Shown here: positions 38,321-48,240 of the stretch, piece after piece
Layout: each line of letters opens with the position of its first letter
Position numbering within the stretch: the stretch's first letter is position 1
NCBI GenBank assembly: GCA_963712115.1
Contig: CAVQGX010000046.1
Location: 32,001-96,000, forward strand
Direction: 5' to 3'
Length of the DNA: 64,000 nt
Source of the DNA: an uncultured delta proteobacterium
Lineage (GTDB): Bacteria > Desulfobacterota > Syntrophobacteria > BM002
Translations under genes and position numbers: made by a program
The notes under the pieces: generated by a model
Database searches by the model: none
Told to the model about the DNA's origin: nothing
What the model saw: the letters and a program-made list of their open reading frames with translations, nothing else

Positions 38321-40253
38321 GCAAAAGGCAAAAAAACGCTTTGCTCCCATTCAGACGGAGTCGGAACGGCGTATGGCGGAGCGAGAAAGAGAATCCACTC
38401 CAACTATCTTTCTTGTCATGTCCACTTGCGGCCTAGCTTCTGGAGCAACTGAGACCAAACAGGCCTTCGAAGAAGCCCTTTCTGAAAAGTCCATTGAAGC
38501 TCGAATCGTCCCCGTGGGCTGTCTCGGCCACTGTTATGCGGAACCCCTGGTAATCATCGATCATCCCAGTGCGGGATTCCCGCCCATCTGTTATTACCAA
38601 ATCAATGCTGACCGGGCGCGAATCTTGGTCAGATCCTACCTAGAAGGAGGAGATCCTGTTCTTAAATACGTTTTGGGCGCCATGGAAGAAAACGATCTGA
38701 TTCCCGCAGTAATGGATTTTCCCCGCTTCAACCTGGAACAACGTTTGGTCATGGAACACTGCGGCCGCATAGACCCAGACGACATTAATCAATACATCGC
38801 CAAAGGGGGATACTCCGGCTTGGTCAAGGCTCTGGATTCTGCTCCCGAAGAGGTAATTAACCTAGTAGAGGAATCGGGGCTGCGGGGCAGAGGTGGTGCC
38901 GGTTTTCCCACTGGACGCAAGTGGCGAATTGCCAGAGCTGCTGAGGCAGATGGGAAATTTGTTATTTGCAACGGTGATGAAGGGGACCCAGGCGCCTACA
39001 TGGACCGCACCATTCTAGAAAGCAATCCGCACCAGTTGCTGGAAGGTCTCGCCATTTGTGCTTATGCAGTAGGAGCCAGTCGATCCATTGTCTATGTGAG
39101 GGCGGAATATCCCCTTGCCGTAAAGGCAGTCCAGAAGGCAATAAAGAGTGCCGAGGAACTCTCCCTCCTCGGGGCTTCCATTCTCGGGACATCATTCAAT
39201 CTCGAAGTCTCAGTATTTCAAGGTTCCGGGGCTTTCGTTTGCGGCGAGGAAACAGCCCTTATCCAGTCCATCGAGGGAAAGCGTGGAATGCCACAGCACC
39301 GCCCGCCCTTCCCGGTGGAAAAGGGACTTTGGGGACGGCCGACTGTGGTCAACAACGTTAAGACCCTATCCTCCGTGCCCACCATCATCCTAAGGGGGGC
39401 TGAATGGTTTCGAACCATCGGTACTGAGCACAGCCCTGGAACCGCCATTTTCTCTGTGGTGGGCAATGTCAAACATCCAGGGCTAGTTGAAATTGCCATG
39501 GGCACAAGTCTGCGGACGCTTATCTTTGATGTCTGTGGTGGAATCCCCAACAAAAAGGAGTTCAAGGCGGTGCAGATCGGCGGACCCTCGGGCGGTTGTT
39601 TGCCTGCCAGCTTCCTCGATACCCCAATTGATTTCGATTCCCTCACCCAAGCAGGGGCGATGATGGGATCCGGCGGCATGGTGGTGATGGACGAGGACAG
39701 CTGCATGGTGGACGTATCCAGGTATTTTCTTGACTTCACCCAGAAAGAATCTTGCGGCAAATGCACCTTTTGCCGCATAGGGACTAATCATCTTCTCACT
39801 ATTTTACAACGTATCACCAAGGGCGAAGGTCGGGAGAAAGACCTCGAACTACTGGAGACACTAAGCAAGGACATCAAAGATGGCTCTCTCTGTGGACTGG
39901 GTAAAACTGCTCCCAACCCAGTGCTAACCTCACTCAAATATTTTCGGGACGAATACGAAGCGCACATCAATGAGAAGAGATGCCCGGCTTTGAAGTGTAG
40001 ACCTCTTACCGCCTTTTACATCGACTTGGAAAAATGCGCCCGGGGATGTGAAGTTTGTGTTGGCTGCTGTCCGGTGGATGCTATTTTCACCACCAAGGGG
40101 AGAAAAAAAGCTGTAGACCAGGAGCTCTGTGTCAAATGTGGAGAATGCAGGGTGGTCTGCCCTCCGGAATACGACGCGATATTGAAAGTTTCACCGCCGG
40201 AGCTAGCTCCCATTATCGAGCGGCCACCTGAGGAGAAAAAAGACAGGCCGTGA
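38313..40253 (+). CDS. NuoF/HoxF/HydB-like NAD(H)/FMN-binding subunit with extra Fe-S domains
   Basis: GLRGRGGAGFPTG, CNGDEGDPGAYMDR, GAFVCGEET, ESCGKCTFCR, two C-terminal ferredoxin motifs; GTG at 38313. Confidence 0.92.
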   Translation: MSEQKAKKRFAPIQTESERRMAERERESTPTIFLVMSTCGLASGATETKQAFEEALSEKSIEARIVPVGCLGHCYAEPLVIIDHPSAGFPPICYYQINADRARILVRSYLEGGDPVLKYVLGAMEENDLIPAVMDFPRFNLEQRLVMEHCGRIDPDDINQYIAKGGYSGLVKALDSAPEEVINLVEESGLRGRGGAGFPTGRKWRIARAAEADGKFVICNGDEGDPGAYMDRTILESNPHQLLEGLAICAYAVGASRSIVYVRAEYPLAVKAVQKAIKSAEELSLLGASILGTSFNLEVSVFQGSGAFVCGEETALIQSIEGKRGMPQHRPPFPVEKGLWGRPTVVNNVKTLSSVPTIILRGAEWFRTIGTEHSPGTAIFSVVGNVKHPGLVEIAMGTSLRTLIFDVCGGIPNKKEFKAVQIGGPSGGCLPASFLDTPIDFDSLTQAGAMMGSGGMVVMDEDSCMVDVSRYFLDFTQKESCGKCTFCRIGTNHLLTILQRITKGEGREKDLELLETLSKDIKDGSLCGLGKTAPNPVLTSLKYFRDEYEAHINEKRCPALKCRPLTAFYIDLEKCARGCEVCVGCCPVDAIFTTKGRKKAVDQELCVKCGECRVVCPPEYDAILKVSPPELAPIIERPPEEKKDRP

Positions 40254-40282
40254 ATCTCTGAAGCCAGATAGGCGCAAGGGAA

Positions 40283-40948
40283 ATGATCGAACTGATTGTC
40301 GACGAAAAAGAGATCAAGACGGAAACAGGAAAGTCTGTTCTCCAAGCATGTCTCGAGAATGGCATATTCATCCCCAATCTGTGTTTCATAAAAACAAGGC
40401 AGCACCCTCATGCCTCATGCAGATTGTGCTTCGTAGAAATCGATGGATTTGGCAGGCCTGTGACCTCGTGCACGAAGAAAGTAGGCGAAGGGTTGGTGGT
40501 GAGAACCGACACACCACCAGTGAGACGTTTGCAGCGCATGGCCTTTAAGCTTCTCATGTCAGGACATCCTTGTGACGCAAAAGTTTGTCCGGTCAAAGGT
40601 GGCTGTCAGCTGATCCGCATTGCCAAGCACCTCAAGGTCGGTTTGAACCCAAAACCTCTAGAGTTCATCGAACGAGAAGTTGCGCAAGAAGTCGACCTCA
40701 CTTTTTTCACCTATTACCCATTTCGCTGCGTACTTTGCGGGAAATGCGTCTATGTTTGCCGACAAAGAAATGGCCATAATCTTTTGACTTTTGCTCAACG
40801 GGGCTTCGACACCGTCATTGGTTTTTTCGGTAGCGTCGATCCAGCGGATCTACCCTGTCACACCTGCCTAGCCTGCGCCACAATTTGTCCCACCGGTGCC
40901 CTCATACCAAAGCCCGAGCTGATCAAAGGAGCCAACACCAACCCTTAA
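40283..40948 (+). CDS. HoxU/NuoG-N-terminal-like Fe-S subunit without a catalytic domain
   Basis: IPNLC..ASCRLC..VTSC; CVLCGKCVYVC; QRGFDT; CHTCLACATICPTGAL. Confidence 0.88.
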   Translation: MIELIVDEKEIKTETGKSVLQACLENGIFIPNLCFIKTRQHPHASCRLCFVEIDGFGRPVTSCTKKVGEGLVVRTDTPPVRRLQRMAFKLLMSGHPCDAKVCPVKGGCQLIRIAKHLKVGLNPKPLEFIEREVAQEVDLTFFTYYPFRCVLCGKCVYVCRQRNGHNLLTFAQRGFDTVIGFFGSVDPADLPCHTCLACATICPTGALIPKPELIKGANTNP

Positions 40949-40960
40949 CTGGTCGTCTAT

Positions 40961-41050
40961 GGTATTTAAGAATTAAGATTGTAGATTTTAGATTTACGCA
41001 TAGTGCCTAGGGGGAGACATGAAATTCCGAGTTACCCAATCTACAATCCT
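40961..41050. repeat. Dispersed MITE-like element with 7-mer arms
   Basis: Similar to 31879-31995; begins ggtatttaagaattaaga, whose reverse complement resembles the end of the 31.9-kb copy. Confidence 0.7.
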
Positions 41051-41118
41051 CGGTAATCCATCCCCGCGACGATCATTTTGCGCCTTGTGGCGAAAGACTG
41101 CACTGCTGATTGTGGTCT

Positions 41119-42252
41119 TTAAAAAAGTGCTTGGTACATGGGCATCCGCTGCGTGACCCGCTGGAGGTAGTCCCTTGTCTCTTGAGGTGTCCGTTGTCGG
41201 AGAACCACGTAAAGCTGCTCTGGAGTCATGTTAGAGGTGGGATACCGACGGATGATCTTACGCTGGATAGAAGTGGGGCCCCAGTTGTAACCACAAATGG
41301 AAAGATACAGATTCTTCACCGGGTGCGTTTCTGTGGCGAAATGCTTGTAGATTAATAAGTTTAGATAGGCCGTTCCCAATTCGATATTGTTTGTGGGCTG
41401 GTAAAGGTAGTTGGCGGGAAGGACCCTATCATGTCCATAGACATACTGATAAGCTTCCCTCGCCCCATAAATTGGCACGAGTTGCATGAGTCCATAGGCC
41501 GGGACATGGGATCGTGCCAGGGGATCGAAATATGACTCAGTGTGCATTACTGCCATCACCAACTCTGGTCGCAAGCGAAATCTTTGGGATTGCCGTTTTA
41601 CTTCAGTGATATAGGGTCGTGCCCGCACTTCGGTATGATCGGGGATCAGTTTCATGGGGACAGAGAGCTTGTATCGGGGCAAACCATCTTTACCTAAGAG
41701 AGGTTTTGGGTCGCGCTTGAGTCGTGGAAAAATTTCTTCATTGAGATAGCGATCCAGGTTTTGTTGAGTGACAGGTTGTCCACTGCTATCGACGATTTGC
41801 CCTGCCAGGATGGAACGCCCAGAGGGGTTGTTGGATGAAAGGGCCTTGGCCAACTGCCTCCTAATCCGCTCTTTGCTTAGCTCGGTGATCCGGGTCTCGC
41901 TGGTCTTAATCATGGTAGCTAAAACCATGTCACCGTTTTCGAAGTTCACATAGGAACGAGTGGAGTACTGGTCACTGTAATCCACCCATTCTTTTTTTGT
42001 GGTGGTGAGGCTATCTAGCCAGATGCGGTCAATCTCCGCCACCATCCGCTCCCAGGCTTTCTGCTGTTCCCGGAGCATTTGCTGCCACTCCTGCTCCGTC
42101 TCTATAAACAAGTCTTCCCCTTCTTTGGTTAATTCCTCCCATTGCTCTTGTTGAAGTCTTTGATCTTCTTCAAAGTCTTCCTTCTGACCGGAGGCCATTG
42201 TAACCGTGAAAACCAAAATAGCAGTCAGGCAAATTGCCAATAATTCTCGCAT
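41119..42252 (-). CDS. MltC-like lytic murein transglycosylase
   Basis: HTESYFDPLARSHVPAYGLMQL; NIELGTAYL; YNWG; ETRDYL. Confidence 0.88.
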   Translation of the reverse strand: MRELLAICLTAILVFTVTMASGQKEDFEEDQRLQQEQWEELTKEGEDLFIETEQEWQQMLREQQKAWERMVAEIDRIWLDSLTTTKKEWVDYSDQYSTRSYVNFENGDMVLATMIKTSETRITELSKERIRRQLAKALSSNNPSGRSILAGQIVDSSGQPVTQQNLDRYLNEEIFPRLKRDPKPLLGKDGLPRYKLSVPMKLIPDHTEVRARPYITEVKRQSQRFRLRPELVMAVMHTESYFDPLARSHVPAYGLMQLVPIYGAREAYQYVYGHDRVLPANYLYQPTNNIELGTAYLNLLIYKHFATETHPVKNLYLSICGYNWGPTSIQRKIIRRYPTSNMTPEQLYVVLRQRTPQETRDYLQRVTQRMPMYQALF

Positions 42253-42487
42253 AACCCACCTACACCAGGAGAAGGACAGAAGTCTATTTGCTACGGTTTA
42301 GCCATTGGCTGTGCCGAATTTTGGGCATTATCCCCTTTCAGAGTCATTGAGTCAACCACAGGCAAAGTAGAACTTTACTGGTTCCAATACTTGGGTTAAT
42401 TCGTTATAATCCTTCCACGAAAAGTCAGAGGATACTTTTTTGAGGCCTGTTAATACCACTGACACCGCCAGAACAGAAGGTTTTCCC

Positions 42488-42925
42488 ATGCCGCAGGTTG
42501 GTCCCGGAACATACGTCACTATCGAATATGACGCCTTCCTGGAGTCTGGGACAAGAGTGCTCGGCACCAATAAGAAGGATCCCCTGGTCTTTCGTTTTGG
42601 TTCGGGTGAGGTCTTTCCTAAAATAGAGGAGCAGATTATCGGACTCAATCCTGGAACTGAAAGGGAATTTATGCTTGAGCCCGATGAAGCCTTTGGTAAG
42701 TTTGATGAGACCAGGGTTCTGCGCGTACCACTGGAAGAATTTCCTAAGGGCAAAAAACTCAAGAAAGGCACCCTCCTCCAGGTGGAAATATCAGCAGGCG
42801 AAACAGGTCTTTGTTTCGTAGGTGACATCCAGGATGACTATTTCGTCCTCGATTTCAACCATCCCTTAGCCGGAAGAACTCTTAAATATCGGATAAGAGT
42901 TGTGGACGTCCACCAGATCACTTAA
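42488..42925 (+). CDS. SlyD-like FKBP peptidyl-prolyl isomerase
   Basis: LEPDEAFG, LDFNHPLAGRTL. Confidence 0.9.
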   Translation: MPQVGPGTYVTIEYDAFLESGTRVLGTNKKDPLVFRFGSGEVFPKIEEQIIGLNPGTEREFMLEPDEAFGKFDETRVLRVPLEEFPKGKKLKKGTLLQVEISAGETGLCFVGDIQDDYFVLDFNHPLAGRTLKYRIRVVDVHQIT

Positions 42926-42968
42926 CCCGGTTTGGCTTTGCAACATTAGGGTTAAGTTGAAGGCTGCC

Positions 42969-43991
42969 TTACTTTTTCTGCTCCTTAGCACTGTAAAGCA
43001 TCTCGTCAGCTTTCCTCAGGAGAGAGTGAGGATCCTCTACTCCAACATCTCCTATTGAAGAGATCCCATAACTGACCGAAACCGATATCTGCTCGCCACC
43101 AGCATCCATAGGGTTTCTGTGAAAATAGTTTTGCAGCCGCTGAATAAGGAGGAGACACTCTTGGGTGCTTGTACCCGGGAGAATGATTACAAATTCATCC
43201 CCTGCATACCTGGAGACCAAATCGCTATCACGAGTCAGCTCCTCAAGAACTTCCGCGACATATTGCAATAATTCGTCACCTCGGTCGTGGCCATAGTTGT
43301 CATTCACAGCCTTGAAATCATCTAAGTCCAAAAATGCCAGGGTTAGGGTGGACTTATATCGCTCAGCCCTTTTATATTCGCGCTTGAGCACCTTCTCCAT
43401 CACCCTCCGATTGACAAGACCTGTAAGGGGATCTCTCCAGGCGAACCATTTTAATTTTTCATGGGCTGTAACGTTGGATAGGCAGATGGACACCTTGACT
43501 GCGAGTTGCTCCAGCAATCGAGTGTCCATTCCAGGTCGATACCTTAGCCTGGAAAGATCTGCCTGGTTCAGGCTGCCAATGACTTCACCATCAAGGGTTA
43601 TGGGGGCGATGGCAAGAGAGCGAATGAAGTACATTTGGCCCTGGGGAAGAAGCTGGTAATAGGGTTTAAGGTCGCCACTAATGAGGATTGGTTTGGTCTC
43701 GTTCTCGATGAGGTTAAGAAAACTGTTCTTGCTTATAACGTTCAACCGCTCTTTGAGGATTTTCGATGCCTCCAGAGTTTTGATCAGGTCTGATACCTCG
43801 CTTTTGTCTATCATAGATATCCAGACATAGGGTACACCGAATTTTTCTCTAATCTCTGTGAGCAGCTTTTCAAAGAGATCCTTGAAGTTAAGGATAGACA
43901 AGATACTGACCTCGATTTCAAAAAATTTCTGAGCAATTTCTTCGTTTACCCTCAGGGTCTCAACTAGATCTTCTTCCATACGATTAGTCAT
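42969..43991 (-). CDS. GAF/DUF484-sensor diguanylate cyclase (AGDEF variant)
   Basis: DPLTGLVNRR, DLDDFKAVND.YGH..GD, RDSD I-site, RYAGDEF. Confidence 0.88.
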   Translation of the reverse strand: MTNRMEEDLVETLRVNEEIAQKFFEIEVSILSILNFKDLFEKLLTEIREKFGVPYVWISMIDKSEVSDLIKTLEASKILKERLNVISKNSFLNLIENETKPILISGDLKPYYQLLPQGQMYFIRSLAIAPITLDGEVIGSLNQADLSRLRYRPGMDTRLLEQLAVKVSICLSNVTAHEKLKWFAWRDPLTGLVNRRVMEKVLKREYKRAERYKSTLTLAFLDLDDFKAVNDNYGHDRGDELLQYVAEVLEELTRDSDLVSRYAGDEFVIILPGTSTQECLLLIQRLQNYFHRNPMDAGGEQISVSVSYGISSIGDVGVEDPHSLLRKADEMLYSAKEQKK

Positions 43992-44011
43992 TGTTCATCC
44001 AACATTTCTTT

Positions 44012-44406
44012 GTGCTCGCTGCGCTCCGCTCAGCTCCCTGCCAGATCTCCTTCGGAGATGTCCGTTGTCCGTCGTTCAAGTCGATCTATCATCCGGCTTC
44101 GCCGGATTCGTTCAAACCGTTGAAATCGTTAAAGTCGTTTGAATCGTTCAAATCGTAAAGGCTCAAGGAGCCAGTAGCAAGAATGAAAGAACACTCTTTA
44201 TGTTTTTGCCTCCTGGATTCTGAATTCTGACTCCTGGATTCTTTTTCAACGTCGCCTGATGACTCCTCTGGGTATTACCAAATCCGCAATTCGAAATTCT
44301 GTCCTCTGACCTCCGACTTCTGACCTCTGATCTCTCTCTTCCCCATGCTCTATGCTCTATGCCTCTTACGCGACGGACCACTGACTCCTTGGTGCCTAGT
44401 GCCTAG
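44012..44406. repeat. Composite array of several short-period repeat families
   Basis: 9-mer tcgttcaaa units; aggagccagtagc/ctcctggattctg; aaatccgc; tctgacc units; tatgctc units; gtgccta units. Confidence 0.8.
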
Positions 44407-44432
44407 TTAAAATAACTGCCTGTTGCTATACT

Positions 44433-45614
44433 CTACTTACCCTCTAAAAGAGTCCCCGGAACTATGGCCTCATCACCGAATTTTTCTGAGATAGTGTCAA
44501 GGGCCTTGTTCAGTCTCCTCCTCTTATCCGGTTCTTCCACTGCAAAAAGAGCAAGCTGCTTTGTTTCATCCGAGTCACTGAGCTGCGACAAAGATATACC
44601 AAAGAGCCTTACCGGCCTTCTGCCCACCTCGGTCTTCCCCAAGAGATCACAACAAGTCTGAAATATCTTTCTGCTGTCATCCGTTGGCTCTCCGAGGGTA
44701 ATTGAGCGGGTAATTTGGACAAAGTCGTAATACTTCACTTTGAGGGTTACTGTCTTGCCGACTAAACCGTAACCTCGAAGTCTTTTCGCCACCCTGGTGG
44801 CAAGAGAAAGTAGTTGTTTTCTTGCCTCTGCTAAATCGGAGATGTCCATGGGATAAGTGTCCTCATGGCCAATGGACTTGACCTCCCGCTCCGGCTCCAC
44901 CTCCCTTTGGTCAACTCCCTTGGCCAGGAGATAGAGATGCAAGCCTTGTTTTCCCAACTTCCTCACCAAAAGCTTTGAGGAAAGAAGGCCTAGATCTCCA
45001 ATGGTTTTTACCCCCAGATGTGCAAGGATCTTGCGAGTTGCCTTCCCCACTCCCCACAGCTTTTCAATTGGCAGTGGTTCCAGGAATTCTTCCACTTTTC
45101 CTTCCGGCACAATGGTGAGCCCATCGGGCTTTTGCATGTCAGAGGCGATCTTGGCCACAAATTTGCTGGGAGCAACCCCGGCAGAAACCGTAAGTCCCGT
45201 CTCCTCGACCACCTGTTCCTTGATCTTTCTGGCAATCTCCTCCGGGGGTCCGAAAAGACGGGTGGAGCCAGTAACATCCAAGAAGGCCTCATCCAATGAT
45301 AGAGGCTCAATTAGAGGGCTAAAAAGCTGAAAAATTTTAAAAATCTGCTGTGAAACCTCCTGGTATCTCCACATTCTCACCGGCAGGAAAACCCCCTGGG
45401 GACACAGTCGTGCGGCAGTGGCAATTGGCTGAGCTGAATGGACGCCAAACTTCCGGGCCTCATAGGAGGCCGATGAGACTACACCTCTCTCTTTGCTGCC
45501 GCCAACAATAACCGGTTTTCCTCTCAACTCGGGACTATCCAAAACCTCTACGGCAGCATAGAAGGCATCCATGTCGAGGTGAATGATTGCTCTGGTCCAG
45601 CTAGAAGTCTCCAT
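44433..45614 (-). CDS. dinB: DNA polymerase IV
   Basis: HLDMDAFYAAVE, SYEARKFGV, SLDEAFLD, AKIASD.QKPDG. Confidence 0.95.
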   Translation of the reverse strand: METSSWTRAIIHLDMDAFYAAVEVLDSPELRGKPVIVGGSKERGVVSSASYEARKFGVHSAQPIATAARLCPQGVFLPVRMWRYQEVSQQIFKIFQLFSPLIEPLSLDEAFLDVTGSTRLFGPPEEIARKIKEQVVEETGLTVSAGVAPSKFVAKIASDMQKPDGLTIVPEGKVEEFLEPLPIEKLWGVGKATRKILAHLGVKTIGDLGLLSSKLLVRKLGKQGLHLYLLAKGVDQREVEPEREVKSIGHEDTYPMDISDLAEARKQLLSLATRVAKRLRGYGLVGKTVTLKVKYYDFVQITRSITLGEPTDDSRKIFQTCCDLLGKTEVGRRPVRLFGISLSQLSDSDETKQLALFAVEEPDKRRRLNKALDTISEKFGDEAIVPGTLLEGK

Positions 45615-45679
45615 GGAGTTAGTAACCCACTATTCAGAATTCTATTTTTCCAGTCTGCTTGTTTGGCCGGTTTGCCTAC

Positions 45680-46567
45680 TTACAACCCCCTCATCCATTC
45701 AGGTTTCAGATCAATTTCACCCCGCAGTGCCGCATCAATGAGATTCAAAGTCTTCTCCCGGTCTTTAGGCAACCTGGCCTTGACTGGCAGGTAATTGGAG
45801 GCATGGTTCGACATGAAAAGACCCCCACTTAGATGAGTGTGCTCGAACATTTCTCGCAATTCCAGGAGAAGCTCACGGGTGTCAGGAAGTTCGAATCGAC
45901 CTGCCCTATAAGCATCTTCAAGGGGTGTGTTTGGCAGGATCATTACGGTTAGAGCACCTATATAATTTGGATCCATGGCGCTGAGAAGTTTTCCTGTTGC
46001 CCTGGCGTGTTTGAGGGAGTCCGAGGGACCAGCAATTCCCAGGAGAACCGTCACCGAAAGCTTGATCCCGGCCTCCTTTATTCTTCTCCCCTGTTTGATC
46101 AGGTTTTCTGCCGTGGTCCCTTTGCAGACCTGCCTAAGTGTTTCGTCATCGCCGCTTTCAACACCCAGATAAAGAATACCAAGGCCCTTTTCCTTAAGCT
46201 GAACCAAATCCTCATCACTTTTCATCTTGACGCTCTTGGCATTGGCATAGGCGCCAACCCTTCTCACCCAAGGGAGGTGCTCTTTGATCATGTCCAATAT
46301 CCACACCAGCTTTCGCTGTGGAATTATTAGTGCATCTCCATCCATTAGGAATAGCCGATGTTGATTGCCCATGTATTTCGAGGCAAACCGTATATCCGCC
46401 ATAATGGTGTGGTCATCTTTAATGGTGAAACGCTTATCTTTATAAGTCCCACAAAAGGTACACTTATTATGAGAACACCCTAGTGTCACTTGGAGCAGGA
46501 TGCTGAATGCTTCGCTGGGGGGGCGAATGATGGTTCCTTCGTAGTTCATGCCCTCGGATTCTCTCAT
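45680..46567 (-). CDS. Radical SAM protein of unknown function
   Basis: YEG.IIRPPSEA, GCSHNKCTFC, GVESG, SNHASNY. Confidence 0.9.
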   Translation of the reverse strand: MRESEGMNYEGTIIRPPSEAFSILLQVTLGCSHNKCTFCGTYKDKRFTIKDDHTIMADIRFASKYMGNQHRLFLMDGDALIIPQRKLVWILDMIKEHLPWVRRVGAYANAKSVKMKSDEDLVQLKEKGLGILYLGVESGDDETLRQVCKGTTAENLIKQGRRIKEAGIKLSVTVLLGIAGPSDSLKHARATGKLLSAMDPNYIGALTVMILPNTPLEDAYRAGRFELPDTRELLLELREMFEHTHLSGGLFMSNHASNYLPVKARLPKDREKTLNLIDAALRGEIDLKPEWMRGL

Positions 46568-46722
46568 CTTATTCCCTCTTCCAAGCTAGCAGGATTCAGT
46601 CTGTCAAGATTTTATCACAATGTGCATAGGGAGAAACTGATAGCTGACCACTGAAAGCTTAACTGGTATATTAGGTGCTTCCACCTTTTTTGGAAAGACT
46701 TTTCAAAAGTTAGGTTCTGGCT

Positions 46723-48240
46723 GTGACCATTGCACTGATGAAAAAATCCAGAGTTCTCGTGCTTACCGCCGCCTTACTGGCGGTTTTCTTAGGTGCCCTG
46801 GATGCTCTCATCATTGGGGCAGCAATGCCCACCATCATTGCCGACCTGGGGGGCCTAGAGCTCTACAGTTGGGTTTTCTCAGCCTACATGCTGACCCGCA
46901 CCATTGCCTTGCCCTTGTTCGGCAAATTAGCTGATCTCTACAGCAGTAAAAAACTCTTCGTTTTTGCGGTGGGAACTTTTCTCATGGGCTCCTTACTAGC
47001 GGGCATGGTGGATAGTATGCCACAGCTTGTGTTCTTGCGGGCCTTACAGGGCATCGGGGCGGGGGGAAATTTCGCCCTCGCCTACATCGTGGTCTCTGAA
47101 GTGTCTTCGCCAGAGGAGCGCGGCCGGATGATGGGACTTATCAGCTTCGTCTGGGGAGTCTCATCCGTTTTGGGTCCGATTATGGGGGGCTTGATTGTCA
47201 CTTATCTAACTTGGCCTTGGGTGTTCTACATTAACCTGCCTGTCGGCGGTTTGGCAGTTTTTTGTATCCTTCGATATTTCCAGGAATCGCGCCAGAAAAA
47301 GAGTGGTGCTACTGTTGACTACCTAGGCGCCTTTGCTTTGACTACTTCAATCCTGGCCTTGTTATTTGCCTTCCTCCTCTTAGGTGAGGCTCACGTCTGG
47401 TATTCACCAGACCTGATTGCTCTTGTTGTGCTTTCTGCCTCTGCGGGCGGTCTTTTCTGCTACGCTGAAAAAAGGGCCTCGGAGCCAATCCTACCCCTGC
47501 ATTTCTTGCGGACACCCGGTTTTACTTTGCCCAACGGAGCTGCCTTTTGCAGCAGTTTTGCAATATTTTCCCTCCTGGCTTTCCTTCCCCTCTTCATTCA
47601 GGGTACTCTGGGAAGAACCGCCGCAGAGCTTGGCCTGGTAATGGTACCCCTGAGCTTGGGGTGGTCGGCCGGTGCATTGGTATGCGGCTTTGTTGTGAAC
47701 CGACTCGGAGAGAAACTATCTGGTGTGGTGGGAGCAATTCTCATGTTTGTCAGTATTGCTCTGACTTTAACCTTCAACTCGGATACAGGTCTATTTTATT
47801 TTAGTATGGTTGTTTGCCCCATCGGTATTGGTATGGGATTTGTCTCCGTTTCCACCTTACTCAAGGTACAAAACAGCTTACACGAGAAAGACCTGGGCAT
47901 TGCCACATCTTCACAACAATTTGCCAGAACCTTGGGGGGAACTATAGGAATTGGTTTTTCCGGCGCTCTGGTATCCCATTACATTGACAAGTCGATCAAC
48001 AGCCTGCTGAACTCTCCGCTGCGCTCGGAGATACCACCAGATATGGCGACTCAGCTCTCCCAAAATCTGCAAGAATTTCTTCGTCCAGAAATTGTGGAAT
48101 CCCTTTCTACCAAGGCTATTACAGCCATCCGGGCATCTATTGGCGAGGGGGTGGAAGCTGTTTTCTGGACGGCATTGCTTGTATCTTCTCTCAGCATTAT
48201 AATGTGTAAAATGATGCCGGAAAGGAAAGTTGTACGGTGA
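46723..48240 (+). CDS. MFS drug:H+ antiporter (DHA2/14-TMS type)
   Basis: AMPTII, GKLADLY, RALQGIGAG, WVFYINLPVG. Confidence 0.9.
   Translation: MTIALMKKSRVLVLTAALLAVFLGALDALIIGAAMPTIIADLGGLELYSWVFSAYMLTRTIALPLFGKLADLYSSKKLFVFAVGTFLMGSLLAGMVDSMPQLVFLRALQGIGAGGNFALAYIVVSEVSSPEERGRMMGLISFVWGVSSVLGPIMGGLIVTYLTWPWVFYINLPVGGLAVFCILRYFQESRQKKSGATVDYLGAFALTTSILALLFAFLLLGEAHVWYSPDLIALVVLSASAGGLFCYAEKRASEPILPLHFLRTPGFTLPNGAAFCSSFAIFSLLAFLPLFIQGTLGRTAAELGLVMVPLSLGWSAGALVCGFVVNRLGEKLSGVVGAILMFVSIALTLTFNSDTGLFYFSMVVCPIGIGMGFVSVSTLLKVQNSLHEKDLGIATSSQQFARTLGGTIGIGFSGALVSHYIDKSINSLLNSPLRSEIPPDMATQLSQNLQEFLRPEIVESLSTKAITAIRASIGEGVEAVFWTALLVSSLSIIMCKMMPERKVVR

Noticed and set aside
37796-40948. Respiratory complex I (nuoEFG)
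   Set aside because: No membrane or other nuo genes nearby; the NuoF homologue has HydB-type extra clusters and the third subunit is far shorter than NuoG.
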